Assembly (NCBI RefSeq): GCF_964355755.1
Contig: NC_092671.1
Coordinates: 1,798,001-1,862,000, forward strand
Length of the DNA: 64,000 nucleotides
Direction of reading: 5' to 3'
Source of the DNA: Antedon mediterranea
Taxonomy: Eukaryota; Animalia; Echinodermata
A program made the position numbers and the translations under genes. This document shows, one piece after another, positions 50,501 through 63,500 of this stretch (position 1 is its first letter; the number at the start of each line of letters is the position of its first letter). The notes under the pieces were generated by a model, which worked only from the letters and a program-made list of their open reading frames with translations, was not told the DNA's origin and searched no databases.

Positions 50501-53475
50501 TCATGTCGTTCTTTCCATTCTTCCAATTCTTCTTGCGTATGTGCCTGCATGCACTGGTAGTTAGCTGAGTCTTCATTAGAGTGTCTGGTATTAGTGAAAA
50601 AAAATATGTTTTAGTGTTTAAAATAAATGTATTGAGGTGTTATTACAACAGTATAATAAATACAATTATAGTAAACAATATGCAAGACTCAAGAATAATC
50701 CAGCAGTTCTTTTCTTGGTTTCTGTACATTTAACTGTGAGAAAAAAAGGTTTCTACAATTGAAACTGAAGTGAAAGGAGCCAAATTGTAATATACTTTAC
50801 CTATCGCACATAACGTATAGACCATTGACAATATCAAGAGGTGGACTTCGATGTTTCCAATTTCTGTCTGTGTCGGAGGTAATACACTGGTTGTGTTCCA
50901 AATTGCTGACATGGGAGACTAGTGATTCAAAATCCATCTCGCAATAAGAACAATGGTAATTTACAGGCACATGTTGAGGGCATGTTATTTGTTGATTAGT
51001 TTCCAGATTTGCTGGTACGCCTACTGCAACTGGTGCAGTAGAGGCAATAGACTGAGTAGATAGTTGAGCCTCACCGATAGGCAGAGGACTTAAAGAAGTC
51101 TGTTTGACTTCTTGCATCTCATCCTGTTCACAAAGTACACTCCTAAATGAAATTTCAAGTTGTCGACATTTGTGCAAGCAGGCGGGTTCTACTAACGTTC
51201 TATTTTTGTTTCCAGATTGTGGATCTTCATCGAGCTGTAATTATTACACGAAAAGTTGAAAATAAACATAACACAATGTTGTGGTTTTTTTTATACATTT
51301 TTCACAATTGGATACTTTCATTGTCATGTTTACCTTACTGTTTGAATTTTCTAAACCAGAAGCTGTAACAGTGTTTTCGGATGTATTTGCTGCAGTGGTA
51401 TGTCTTTTGGTACTAGCACCTACATAAATAGAATACAATTTAATAGATGTAAACTTTAAGGGCTTTCTTTTTAACTCATTTTGATATTACCACCAATCAT
51501 ATTACGTTTTGTGATGTTTCCTAAGTATGTTGTGCATATAATAATCTAAATTTTCTACATTGAATATTTTAAAAAATCCAAAAGGAAGGTTTAATCTATC
51601 GTTTTGCATGAATAGGTCTTAAAAAAATTGCAAACAGAAAACTGCATTTCGTGGCAAATTAAGCACCCAAATCAGCTCATTGCTCTGTGCATGCATTGTC
51701 ACAACAAATACATAACTATAATAATTATATAGCCATCAGATCACTGAATTACAAATAAAGGCGAACAGTTTGCGGATTAGTTTTTAGGAATTTTGTGTAT
51801 GTACTGTTTTCTATATATGTTTGAAATGAATGAATGAATACATAGGCAATGAACGACGTATTTAAATGTTAGGATTGGTGTGATTTCACTTTTAATATTA
51901 TGCTCTATGGTTTTAAGTTCTGTTTATCCATTTTTTTCTCCCTAGCCTAATAAGCAAAGTCATGATTTTGTTGCTATTCATGAACAGTAAAGTCACTCTA
52001 ATGTCATTATCGTAATTAAGGTAGACTCACACAAATTAATTTCTCACCTTTTCTGCTTAGCTTATCAAGAGCCTCTTTGTATACTCCTTTATCAAACTGT
52101 GTCTCCCAAGTCTGCTCAAAGTCCAGTTGGTGTTTCTCTGTAAAAAGTATTCCTGCTATATCTGTTAAAAGTTGCCCACTTTGATGCAGTTTCCAGAGAT
52201 TTGTAAGGCCATTGGGATCAACTAAAGAGACATGAAATACTATGGATCCTTTTGATAAGTGAAAAGCTTCACAACGGCGGAATAAAAAGTAACAAGTAAT
52301 TTCTTTCAGTTTGCCATAACATAATGCTAAAACATCTTCAAGAATTATTCTGTTACTTTTTTTAGATGGTAGTTGATCTTCAGAATCTCCAATTTTTTGT
52401 TTAAAAAATATCTGTATTTCAGCACCTGCGGTAAAACATTTAGACATTAATCAATTTTAAACAAAAAATGTTGATTGAAGAAGTGAGTGTCAAGTGGCTT
52501 GACAACATCATAACAAAATATTAATCTTTATTTCAATAAATACACTGATTGTCTATGGTTGTATTGAGAATACAAACACAAAAATAATGAACACTGTACA
52601 TTGTATTGTAAAAATATATCAACAAATTGTTTGAAGGTTTGCATGGCAAACAAACACTAGTAAAGTACACCATGTGGAAAATATATTTAGTAAAGCTAAG
52701 AATGCCCCAAAGTTTTGTTTGTTGCACTAAAACTGACTTAGTAATTCATAATTGTTCATCACCTGGCAGGCTATGAATCAAGCAAAACCAGGCTTGTTGG
52801 TTGACACTAAGATAACAAAATTACAGTTGGCCAAAATATTAGCCTCACTCTTTGTGTCATAACAATATAATACTGTAAATGCATCCATTTTCATGTTTTT
52901 AAATGATATAATTTATACAAAAATAGAAAATACGTACTAATGCCAAGTAAATGATTCTTTGCTGTTTCACTGAGAGATTTTGTAAACCTCCTTATTTTTC
53001 CTGGTTTATCTTCTAGAAATTTTGCTTTCTCCAGATGAAATATTAAATCCCAAATATTTTGGAAATCATTGCTTAACTTGTAGTAAGAAATAATACCACT
53101 TAAGCCATTTGTTCTGACATCTCGTAATGCCTTAAAGAGGCTTTTCCGATATTTTGATAGCTTTTTATTGGTCGTTTTTTGACCATTTGTAATACCTCCA
53201 TCTGACATATACTCGGTTACAAGTTCTTCTGCGCTTTGCAAATATGAAATTTTAGCGATTTCTAATAAAAGATGAACATTATTATGGCTAATATAACCAG
53301 CTTTCTCTAGTAAATTTAATAATTGAATTCCAGAATTTGTAGCAGCGAGGTCTTCTGAAGATATGTGCTCAAATAAAAAGAATCGCAACCATTTAAATTT
53401 GTGAGGATCACTGTACATTTTACTGAAGTTAGATTTCAAGTCCATGAACTTCCTATTAGGATCATTGTTTGCCAT
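38594..53475 (-). CDS. HELZ2: Gene C: HELZ2-like helicase/3'-5' exoribonuclease with N-terminal tandem DED-like and TRADD-N-like domains (23 coding exons, ~3154 aa)
   Basis: Exons 52938-53475, 52048-52425, 51334-51419, 50801-51234, 50398-50584, 49923-50057, 49179-49681, 48050-48700, 47564-47957, 46927-47307, 46761-46836, 42887-46673, 42485-42760, 41798-41898, 41536-41685, 41257-41394, 40718-41010, 40353-40549, 40121-40223, 39730-39960, 39378-39531, 38928-39095, 38594-38697; all GT-AG and phase-compatible, total 9465 nt. Motifs GPFGTGKT/DEAGQ/LNTAFTRAK, SIDPKGCQDIDDA, GPPGTGKS/DEAGM/MNVALTRAK. Confidence 0.88.
42031..42450 (-). mobile_element. Degenerate L2/CR1-like LINE 3' fragment in a gene C intron
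   Basis: Minus strand encodes a TLWNKLP-type RT C-terminal motif and ends in an (att)n tail. Confidence 0.5.
42887..46673 (-). CDS. HELZ2: Gene C large exon: end of helicase 1, acidic linker and RNB (RNase II/R family) domain
   Basis: GKEFRALFISVVRT, RGRALNNDDV, TFSIDPKGCQDIDDALS, GVHIADV, EEFMILAN, YTHFTSPIRRY. Confidence 0.93.
52048..52425 (-). CDS. Gene C exon encoding a TRADD-N-like domain
   Basis: SKGSIVFHVSLVDPNGLTNLWKLHQSGQLLTDIAGILF; phase-1/phase-1 exon. Confidence 0.65.
52938..53475 (-). CDS. Gene C first coding exon, tandem death-effector-like domains
   Basis: KWLRFFLFEHISSEDL..SGIQLLNLLEKAGYISHNNVHLLLEI; LSKYRKSLF..IWDLIFHLE. Confidence 0.75.
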
Positions 53476-55640
53476 TTCAAGAAATGTTGTCTGCAAAAGA
53501 AAAAAGTTTGTAAAGTTTAACTCAAATTGCATGTGTGCTTTATGCGCGCAAACCAAGCATCCATTGGCTGGGGCCGTCTAAAGGGGCCGAGGGGCGGAGC
53601 AAGCCCCATCACAGAGGCCTTGGGACAGTGGGTGCAAAGATAGGTCCTCGAAAATTGCACATATACTTTGAAATAGACAAAATTTGTGAGGTGAGAAAAT
53701 TTTGAAAAATAAAGCTGCAAGGTCTCCGGAAATTACACTTATACCTTGAAAATGTATATATTGGGAAGGAAAATAGGCCTGATTTTAGATACACCAAAAC
53801 CAACTAGGGTAGTAAACATTGCTGTCGGACTGCGGCTTTTAAGATTCCATCGAAAGCAGGACACTTGGAATACTGAATCTATGCTACCGTTTTCATACAG
53901 TAGCTAGAAAATATTGATTTAATACTATATCGATACATACAAGCATTGATCTACAATCAATTTTTGATTTCCTAAATTCTTTCTCCCTTTGTCTTTCCCA
54001 TGTGCTCTCTTTCTTTTTTCTTCTTTATACCCAGCCTGGTACGAATTTGCTATTCCCCCTGCCTCCTCACCTATTACGCTACATGGGTAGAGCTTCCAGA
54101 AACTCCAGACGATATTAAACAATAATCTAAGGGTAGTTTTAGTTGCTTTTTAAGTTGAAAATCCTTGAAATCCTACCCACACTCAGTAGGGTATTGTTTT
54201 ATTTTCATTAGGAAATATCATATTTTCCTCCCCGACAAATGTGGTCCGCTCTCTTTTTACTCAAAATGCCTTTACTCACCATTGCCTCATGGTGGATGGT
54301 TTGTTTAGGTAAAGCAAGAAATTGTTAAACAAATTAACTCCATGGCAGCCAAATGGATAGCGGCCGATATGCACTATGACCGTAGACAGTAATATCTCAA
54401 GATCTATAAGCATTGGTTGAGTAAAGTATACTGGTTACAGTGTACCAGTAGGTTGAGTTCCAATGAATCTATTACTATTATTGATACATACTTACAAATA
54501 TTTCCTTTTGTATTTTTCTGTATGTTTTACAGAAACTGACAGATTTATGCAAAAGTATGATTTTGTTAGTTATTGCTTTTGATCAGAAGAGAGCAGTTAT
54601 TGTTGGGTGAAATGTGTCTACTTTAACGACAACAACTATCATACAATTGTGATAAGCCTGCTTGAATTGAAGGTTCAAAGGTCTATCTCTTTGTCATAGA
54701 CAAATAAAGGTGTAAAAACATTATTTATGTTTACGTCCTTCATGGTTTAGCTGCAAATCGACCACAACCAAGTTATTTTAAACTGTTTATATACTGTATT
54801 TTTTACAATGAGGTGGTACATCAAAATAAATAATGTACAAACTAGGGCCGACTGTTTTTTTTTAACCGTAACATAAATGTGTTGTGTGCACATAATAATA
54901 AACTACTATTTTCAAAATCCAGTTATCCGACCTAAGCTTCATTATAAATATCAGTGACAAAAAGCCTTTATTTCAGTTCATCATTACCGTAAAAGGTAGA
55001 ACCAGACGAAAGCACAGTATAGGACATTTTGTTTTTTAATATCCGGCTCTGGCCTTTCCTAAATATAATACTATTATTTGTTTGCTTTACTGTTTTTTTG
55101 TGTGCATTGCTGCAGGGCTCTGGGGTGCAGGCCCTTGGGTTAAGCCAGTGAGTGCTCATATAGTCCTTTTCAGAGTTTTAGCCAAATTCAATCAAAAAAA
55201 TAGTAGTAGCTTTTTTTGAAAGTTGATTAGATATGCGACTTCATGTTCACCAATATGGATGTCGTCGTAGGATATCCATACACCAAAGTATCTAAATTTA
55301 TTGTGGTTGGTGATTACCCATTACCACGTGTTCAGCTACATTAATATTATTAGTGTTTTGTCCTTCACATTGTCCTATCTTAATGTGTCTCCTAGGTTTA
55401 CAAACTAATATCCATGGAGAAAAGAATTACCTGCCGGTGCTGAATAAAATTATTACTAACGGCACTTTTTTTAAACTGGGCTAAAGTGAAGCCTACTGTA
55501 GACTGAGCATAGACCTTGTTATAGAGAATTATACCACTGAGTCTTATGTGAAGTGATGCTATAGTGAACAAGAACAAAGGTGTAGGCTATCATGAATATC
55601 AATAATGTTATCATTGTATTCAGTTGAAAGATGCTTATTT

Positions 55641-55667
55641 CAAGTAGAGAGCGCATCAACCGGAAGT
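55641..55667. promoter_or_regulatory. CTCF-like plus ETS motif pair upstream of gene C
   Basis: caagtagagagcgc-atca-ACCGGAAGT. Confidence 0.45.
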
Positions 55668-57529
55668 TTACTTGGTGATTTTTATTGGTGATTTACAGTA
55701 TTTATTTATTGGTGTTTACTTTTTTCATTATCTTTGATTGTGCCACCAAAATAAAACAAATGAAGGAAAAGAAAGCAAATCATGTAGGCCTACATATATT
55801 TACAAATGAAAGGAAATAACAAATTTACACTGTATATAATATAAAAATAAAATACATTAAAATTAAGAAATGTGTAAAATTAATGTTTTTTATTGTATAT
55901 TGTCTGGTCTTCTCTCCATCATTTTGTTGATGGTTGTTACATTATATATATTTTTAAAATTTATATGTATCATCTGGACAGTTTGTCTGAAATAAAAATG
56001 CTTATACTTCTAGGCCTCTACAAAAAAGAAAAAATAAATAAATTAGAACATTATAGTCATTTTGATGTCTCCTAATCGTGTTGGGAGTGGTGCATTTTTC
56101 ACTAAACAGCTTTTAACTATACTAATTTAGGTTTGGTTTTTAAACTTGTATTCAGGCATGTTTTCCACTGTTTGATCTGTATACCAGAACCAGATCCTTT
56201 GGAAGCGTGGCACCTTCACCAGGTGAGCATATTGGAAGCTGATTGGACAAAACAAGGTGTACTGAATGTAACAGATTCCAGCAAATCATCACATCACTGT
56301 ACCATTTTAAATAGGTAAGAAACTTTTACACTTCTGTGTTTTTTATTTTGTATTGACACATTTAGAAAAAGGTAATTTGGAATGATTGAAAATATTTGTA
56401 GAGTGACTCCATATTTGGAAATTTCTTCAATAGCTAAATATTTATAATGTAGGCCTACTTTTTAGATAAGTGTAATTCATATACAATATCAATAAGTTAT
56501 ACCAATTTTAATTAAAACATATCCCCAGAAAACTTGTATCCACAGTATTCATAAATCTTGACTATGTAGCCGTATATATAATAATAATCTACTTGGAGTC
56601 TCCTTATAATATTTATCATGGTATAAAAAATGTAACATTTTACAAATATAAGATTAGAAATAAACTGTCTTTAATGATTTAATGCTGAGTTCTTTAGAAT
56701 TGTTATTATCATAATTAAATACATTGCCATTGAAATCATCACCATTATCATATCACCATACATATAATATAAGCATCAACATTTTCAAAAATTACAATTT
56801 TATATTGATACATGATTTCAAAATTTTACAGTAAATCCTATTGACAATAAAAATAATAAAATGTCAAAAAATATACAAATTAGAAATATATTTTCTGTGT
56901 TTCATTAAGTAAGTATATTCAATAAAAGAAACAGTTTAAGTCTCAGTACTGTGGATGTGGAATAAAGAAAGAAACATGCAAACAAATATTTATTAGTATA
57001 AAATTGAATTGAAGTGTGGACCAATTTAGAAAAAGAAAATACTTTTAAAATGTACATGAGAAATTGAGTGTATGCCTACATCTGTAATTGTCTAATATAA
57101 TAATTAAGGTATTGTGAAATCTAACATCTTTAGATATTTTAGTTGAAATCTAAAATGATACCAAACATTTAAAGATTAAAACATAATTTTGTAGTTTAAA
57201 AATATAGTTTACACATCATTATGATTTACAAATATGAAGATCCAAAAGTTTATAAAGATTTTACAAAGCCAAAATTTACATTTAAGATTTTAAAATGATG
57301 ACTGTGTACAATATTTGTGACACTACTAACTACTAAATCTATATCTATATATAAAGTTTATCTTCGTTACTAAAAACACTAAGCTGCATCATTGAAAGAA
57401 AATGTAATAGCTCTTTTTTTGTCTTAGTAAAATTTGATACACCATGTGTTTCCAAAAGCAACTAAAGTATGGTTGAGAATGGCTTGATGTTTCTTCTTTA
57501 CTTGTCAGATATCCTTGCTACATTCAAAC

Positions 57530-60500
57530 TTAAGGTTTGAAATCTGATGCGTGATCAACAAGGCATTTATTTTGCCTGTACATTTGTAGTAATTCCTTCC
57601 ACTTGGAGTGAGTTTCCAATAGGTACTGGTTACCTGTAAAGAAAAAAAAGGTTATTAAGTGCACTTTTTGTCAAAAATAAATTATTAGTATCGTCCCTCT
57701 TAATCTTTGTTGGCTTGATTGTAGTCATGTCGTGTGATAAAAGAATTACTTTTTTTAATGAAAATGGAGCCCAAACTTTGTCCTTGTCACTATTTCTTTA
57801 TTATCTCATAGTACTTACCTATAAGAATGAGTCCTTTCTTGGCTCTGGTCAGTGCCACATTCATTTGGTTTTCATCAGCTATAAAACCTAAATTCATCTT
57901 CATCCATCTAATACTTGGTCTCTTTTCAATCTCAACTCTTGGTAATGAACGTACAGTTGACATGATTACGTAATCACATTCACTTCCTAGTGGATGGAAA
58001 ATAAATTTGTTCAATGCCAACAAAAAAATTCATAGTATAACAAATTGCGATTTGCAGTTTTGTTTTTCTATTTATGTTCATGGAGAGAAACTAATCACAT
58101 TATGTGAACAAATATCAAACTATCTAAATAAATCGTTTTCGTAATTTGTTTCATCAGTTTTTTGATTCCTATATTAGAAAAGTACAGATGAAAGTAATCT
58201 GGCCACAGAAGTAAATATATATGTTACTTCTGTCTGTTTATGTCTAACAAGTTCATGTACATATATCAGAAATTAATTGACCTTGACTGAGTACCACAGT
58301 TGATACTTGAACCTCCTCTATTCCACGCACTTTCAGATCATCTCTGATTCGTTGACATTGCAAGCGATACTGCGATAGTATCAAAATATCTTTAGGTTGC
58401 ACTCCCTTGTCCAACAGTTTACAAGCAATTCTCACCTACATGAAATAAAAATTGACAACATTTATATATTAAAAGTACACCTTGTATCATAACAGTAACA
58501 TTTGTACAAAGATTTAGGCCTATAACTAAATGGTCACTGATCACATTATGTAGCAATGCAAACTTTACACCCATCAACCCCTTCCTCCTGTGTACATGAA
58601 AGTAGATTACTAACCACATGATACACCTCTTGTGGGTTGCTTTTACTTTGTTCACTTCCTTCTGAGCTGTTAACAGTCAATGTCTCCTCTTTTCCATACA
58701 CGTGACAGAATACGGTTGGACAAATGGAACCAGCTGGCCAAAATTTCCTTTGCCAGTTTTTAATTTTGCGATTTTTAACGGAATCGTCTGTCACCAATTT
58801 TTTATCATAGAAAGCGCTTGATGGAAACTCACAGATTTTTTGGTGCTAAAAGAAATGGAAACATTAAATGTGAGCAAACACTATAAAAACAGCATGGTTG
58901 TACTAATGGCAGTTCTTGCAATATAGCAATATGTTGCATTTTTTATCGTATTCCTTTTGAAATAGAAATTAAAATAGTAGACTTACCATTCTGTACTGTA
59001 TGGTTAACATCATTGTCCTTGCCTCATAACGCTCTAGTAGAGATATACCCAGACCTAAATCCTCTGCATGCTTCTCTTTAATGATTGGTCTGAAAGTAAA
59101 TGAACACAATTATATTATTAAATAAAATCCAATACTCACATGAGGACTGGGTGTGAAATCTGGTGAAAATGAGGATAATACTCGATTTACAACAAGGAAT
59201 TTATCAATGTCTTGTGTTCGAATTTAGCCTTATTTAAAGAGAAGGTTGGGGCGGGTTTATACTCGGTCATAGACAAAGCGCTTCCCAGTTTCAGATTGAC
59301 ATTTCATTCTTACCTCAACTGTTTGTGATCTCCAATAAGTACAACTTGGTAAGGTGAACACATAACAAGAGGGATAAGAGACTCAGGTTCACTACACATC
59401 CCTGCTTCATCTATGATACACTGTATAATACTGCAGTATTCTTTGACACAATTAGAACCAGCTGAATTGCAAGTTGCTAAGATGATTTTATATTTCTTAA
59501 GTTCTTCTTCCTGTAATTATTAGGAATAATATATACAGTAATATTTTCAAAAATGCAATAACAACTGATTTTAAAATTGTCAATCATTTTATACAAAAGT
59601 CTCATTTGAGTAAAATTTGGGTTTACCTTTGCTGAATCTATCAGTTTTAAATATCTTGATCTTGTTTCCTCAGTAACGACTGTTTCTGGTCTCAGACGTC
59701 GAAATTCTCGATCGAGCTTGCATATTTCAGCACTCTTAGAATTGTCACCGGTCCTGATGAGATGGTGTAATGCAACGTTGACATGATCAGGGTCAGTAGA
59801 GGACTGTATATCAGCTTTTTTCCCGACGTTTTTTTCCCATGGCAATGGAAAATCTTTCTTTTCAATAGTTTCACTGTAAACTCGAACAATAGGTAATCCT
59901 GGAAACCTTTTTAAATAACCTAATAATAACAAAATGACAATTACTTGATGAATTGTTGAGCCTTTGACAAGTCATAGAATTAAGAATACTATTAGAAGCA
60001 CTAATAGTAAACAATTTAATACTCTTTTCTAATTAGTGTACAGCTAAATTGTTCCTAGTGTATTTATATAAACTCAACCAATATCCCATTCAAACGACTA
60101 GAGAAACGCTGCTTGAGAATCAAAACTGCAGACATGTCTCGACTTTTTGTCACGTTACTAAAGCGATTTGTTCGATATGGTCGTTGTTTCATGTTCCGTG
60201 ACTTGCTACATTTATTCATTTTGTCATCTTATTCATTACTATGCCCTGCAGCTGTACTTTTTTCTGCATTTTTACTTTATTTTTTCAACTTTTATCTACT
60301 GGTATTATGTTTATTTTTATTTTTTTTCATTATTTTTAATTGATTAATTTTTTATTTATCTTGCCTTCGTCCTTTTTCTAAATTATCTCTTGTCATTATT
60401 GTTTTGTTACTTTTATCTTTTGGATGTAAATAAATGTTTTTTGAATTGAATTCAATTTTCTCTAGCACTCGTCGGACTCCTACCTGTACCTTAAGGCAAT

Positions 60501-63500
60501 ATCATTCATGCTACGCGCCACAGCAATATATTATCCAATTATGAGTTATTTTATCAAGTCAAATCAAAAGAAATTACCAGCCACAACGTCAACAGACTTA
60601 TTAGATGGTCCGCAGTAGAGAACCTGTGGCCTGCCTTTACCAGTAGGTGGTATTTTTGTGTTCATCTCAGAAAAGTAATATGCTAGTTGTGCTCCTGTTA
60701 CAGTTTTTCCAGTTCCTGAAATCATTATAATACAATGTTACAACACTTACACCTGGCATCTATAATGAAATTCAATAAGTAAAAAATTGAATACATTATT
60801 TATATCTGTGCAATGACATCCTACTTTACCTGGAGGTCCTTGTATAACTGTAAATGGTTTTTCCAGAGCTGCCTCAATTGCCTGCTTTTGGACATTATTT
60901 GGTGGTGGCAAACCTACACCTTTTATTTTTCCAACTTTAATTGTTTTTGCAATTCCAGCAAGTATGTTTGCAGTAGAACCTTTAAAAAAAAATGTTTAAA
61001 GAGTGAAAAAGCAACCGGTCTTTTTTTGAAGTGCACCAACATTTTTTTTTAATAAATAAGTTCAATATAATACTTACTATCTTCCTTTCCTCCCATCTTG
61101 TGCTTTTTAAGAAGAACAATATCTTGATTTAACTTGTTTCCACTAAGACCATTTACAGCCCTTTCAAGGCGCCTTTGGATAAAAAAATTCAAATAATTTA
61201 AAATATCAAAACTGCAAATTCACAAACTGTTTTTAATATTGTTAGACTCAATAACAAATTTGTTACATTAAGATGTTGTAGCAGCATCCAGACTAATGTT
61301 TTAGTAGGTTGTTCACATGTGATGCAAAATCATAACTTAGTGGACAATGAACATAATCTTTTTTCCGAGCAGGATTTTTTTAAACCCCCTATAGTATATA
61401 CTATGGAATTTATTACTGTAGTACCAAAGATGTATGTGTTAAGTTTAAACTCACCTATCTGATTTTCCTCTTGGAATGAGCTCAATAATACAAAGATGTT
61501 TCTTTTTTGGCTTTGGATAAAGTACACTCTGTGGCAGGGACGAGACAGACTGGTTTAACCTAATGCAAATTTTTTTCTGCATTTTATCCAGGTTAACTTC
61601 TGTTGTGTAGCAATGGCCAACCCAAGTAGATTTAACTTCAGAGCGATTCTGACTTAGCTTTTTGTGTGGTACGTCGAGGCCAGAGTAGCGAACACATAAA
61701 TAATCAGAGTGATAAAATCTGAAATTAAATTGTATAAAACTCCTATAATATGCTTATGTAAGTACTATACTAATTTCATCTCCTTGGCTTGTCTAAAAAT
61801 TTGAGTAACCTTGGAGTGCTACATAAATGGTATAAATAATTATACTGTATGCATGAATTTCCAACCACAGTAGAAATGTTGAATTAAGAAATAATATAAT
61901 AGGATTAAAAGTTCTTGTTTATACAGAATGTTTACTGTATATATAAACTATGCCTACAGTGTTTTACAAAACCATAAATTCTACATTAGGTTTGTTAAAT
62001 TTGGAACTTAATTTGAAACTTATTATAAAAGCTGAAAAGATATAACTACCTTATACTTCGATCGACACAGAAATTGGTTGGTAGCTGAAACACACCATTG
62101 TAACTCTGTTTATCTGAATCAAATGTCCAATTTATTGAGACATTCCTGATGATAAGACTGTCATCTTCAGATACAGCATTTGATGCAGATTCCATTGATA
62201 GCACTGCCAACCAACGTTTCTGATATGTAGGTATGTCATTCGCCCCTCTAGGTTTCTTATTTGCTAACTGAGAGAAACATGTAACAGGATCGGAACGATG
62301 TTCTAAACATATGTCCAGTTCAGGTGTCAAGTTGAAGAGTTGGATTTTAGGTTCAGGAATTCCTCGTTCAAGTCCTGCCATAAGCTTAACTTCAACCATG
62401 TGCCCTAGAGTGTATTCTCTTTCAAACTCCACAAAATGATATCTGTTTCCGTGCCGATCTAGTATTTCAGATGTCACTTCTTTCTTCAACTGTTTTCCAT
62501 TCTCACTTTTAACTACAGTTCTTTGATTTTTTTCTTTCTCGGTAGTTTCAATTTCTTGGGCAGCATAATGCATTGCAGCGCGAATTTGATGGATATCGTC
62601 ATCTTCGATTCCAGAAAGAATTTCTTGCCAATGAGTACTGTTAAAAGTGACAACAAAACGGTTTGCATCTAGTTCTCCTGCAGAGCTGTCCATCTTTGGT
62701 AGAACCTCAGTAGGTTTTGCTTTTGCATCATATATTCTTTGCTTCCATGATACGTTGATAATATCATTATCAACCCCTGGTATTTTTGATGGCTTTAACT
62801 TGTTTAAGCCCACAGCCCTACCAGTAATTTGCATAAATCTAGGGAAGACAAAGCTAATATTTTTATCAGATGCTTGCTCCACAGTAGATAAACATGAAAT
62901 TGATACCTCTTTCAACTGTAAAGCCATCGTGAACAACTTTGTTCTTTTTTCAAAAGCCTTGGCATTTGACGATTTAATTGTTGAGTTATAGCAGATGGAA
63001 CTGATTTCTTCTTCAGTGTAAGGTTTGTCTTGTTGGTTGATAGCTGCATCTATAAGGCGGTGCACAACTATGTCAATGTAACGTCTTATTGGAGATGTAA
63101 AGTGAGTGTAGAAGTCAACTTCAAGAGAATGATGTGCCAGATCTCGACCATCGGAAAGGCTTTGACCAGAACATTTGTAATCCGACTTCTCTTGTATCAT
63201 GTAGTAGTGTGCCATCATCACAGAGAGCTTTGGGTGTTTATTATCAGTACAAACAATCTGGATAATCTTCATCATTTCAGCAAGACTGGCATCGGAACCT
63301 TGCTTGATATTATTTACAATTTCCACCAACTGGTTCCATTCCCGTGTCTGCATTGTAATTGTGTTACTTTGTTCACCACATTTACAGACATCATCACAAT
63401 TGCACTGTGAAGAATCAACATATTCTTTAAACTTCCCTAACATCTCTTTACTGTTTCTGATGTGAGGTAAGTGTTTGACTTGAAATTCCTGGAGAGTATC

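Noticed and set aside
53520-53770. GC-rich stretch as promoter or coding extension of gene C
   Set aside because: It lies upstream of a good splice acceptor at 53491 and is absent from A and B; it looks like a decayed repeat with no definable ends
56133-56318. Plus-strand ORF with splice-like sites between genes C and D
   Set aside because: No recognisable protein motif and no partner exons; unsupported without transcript data
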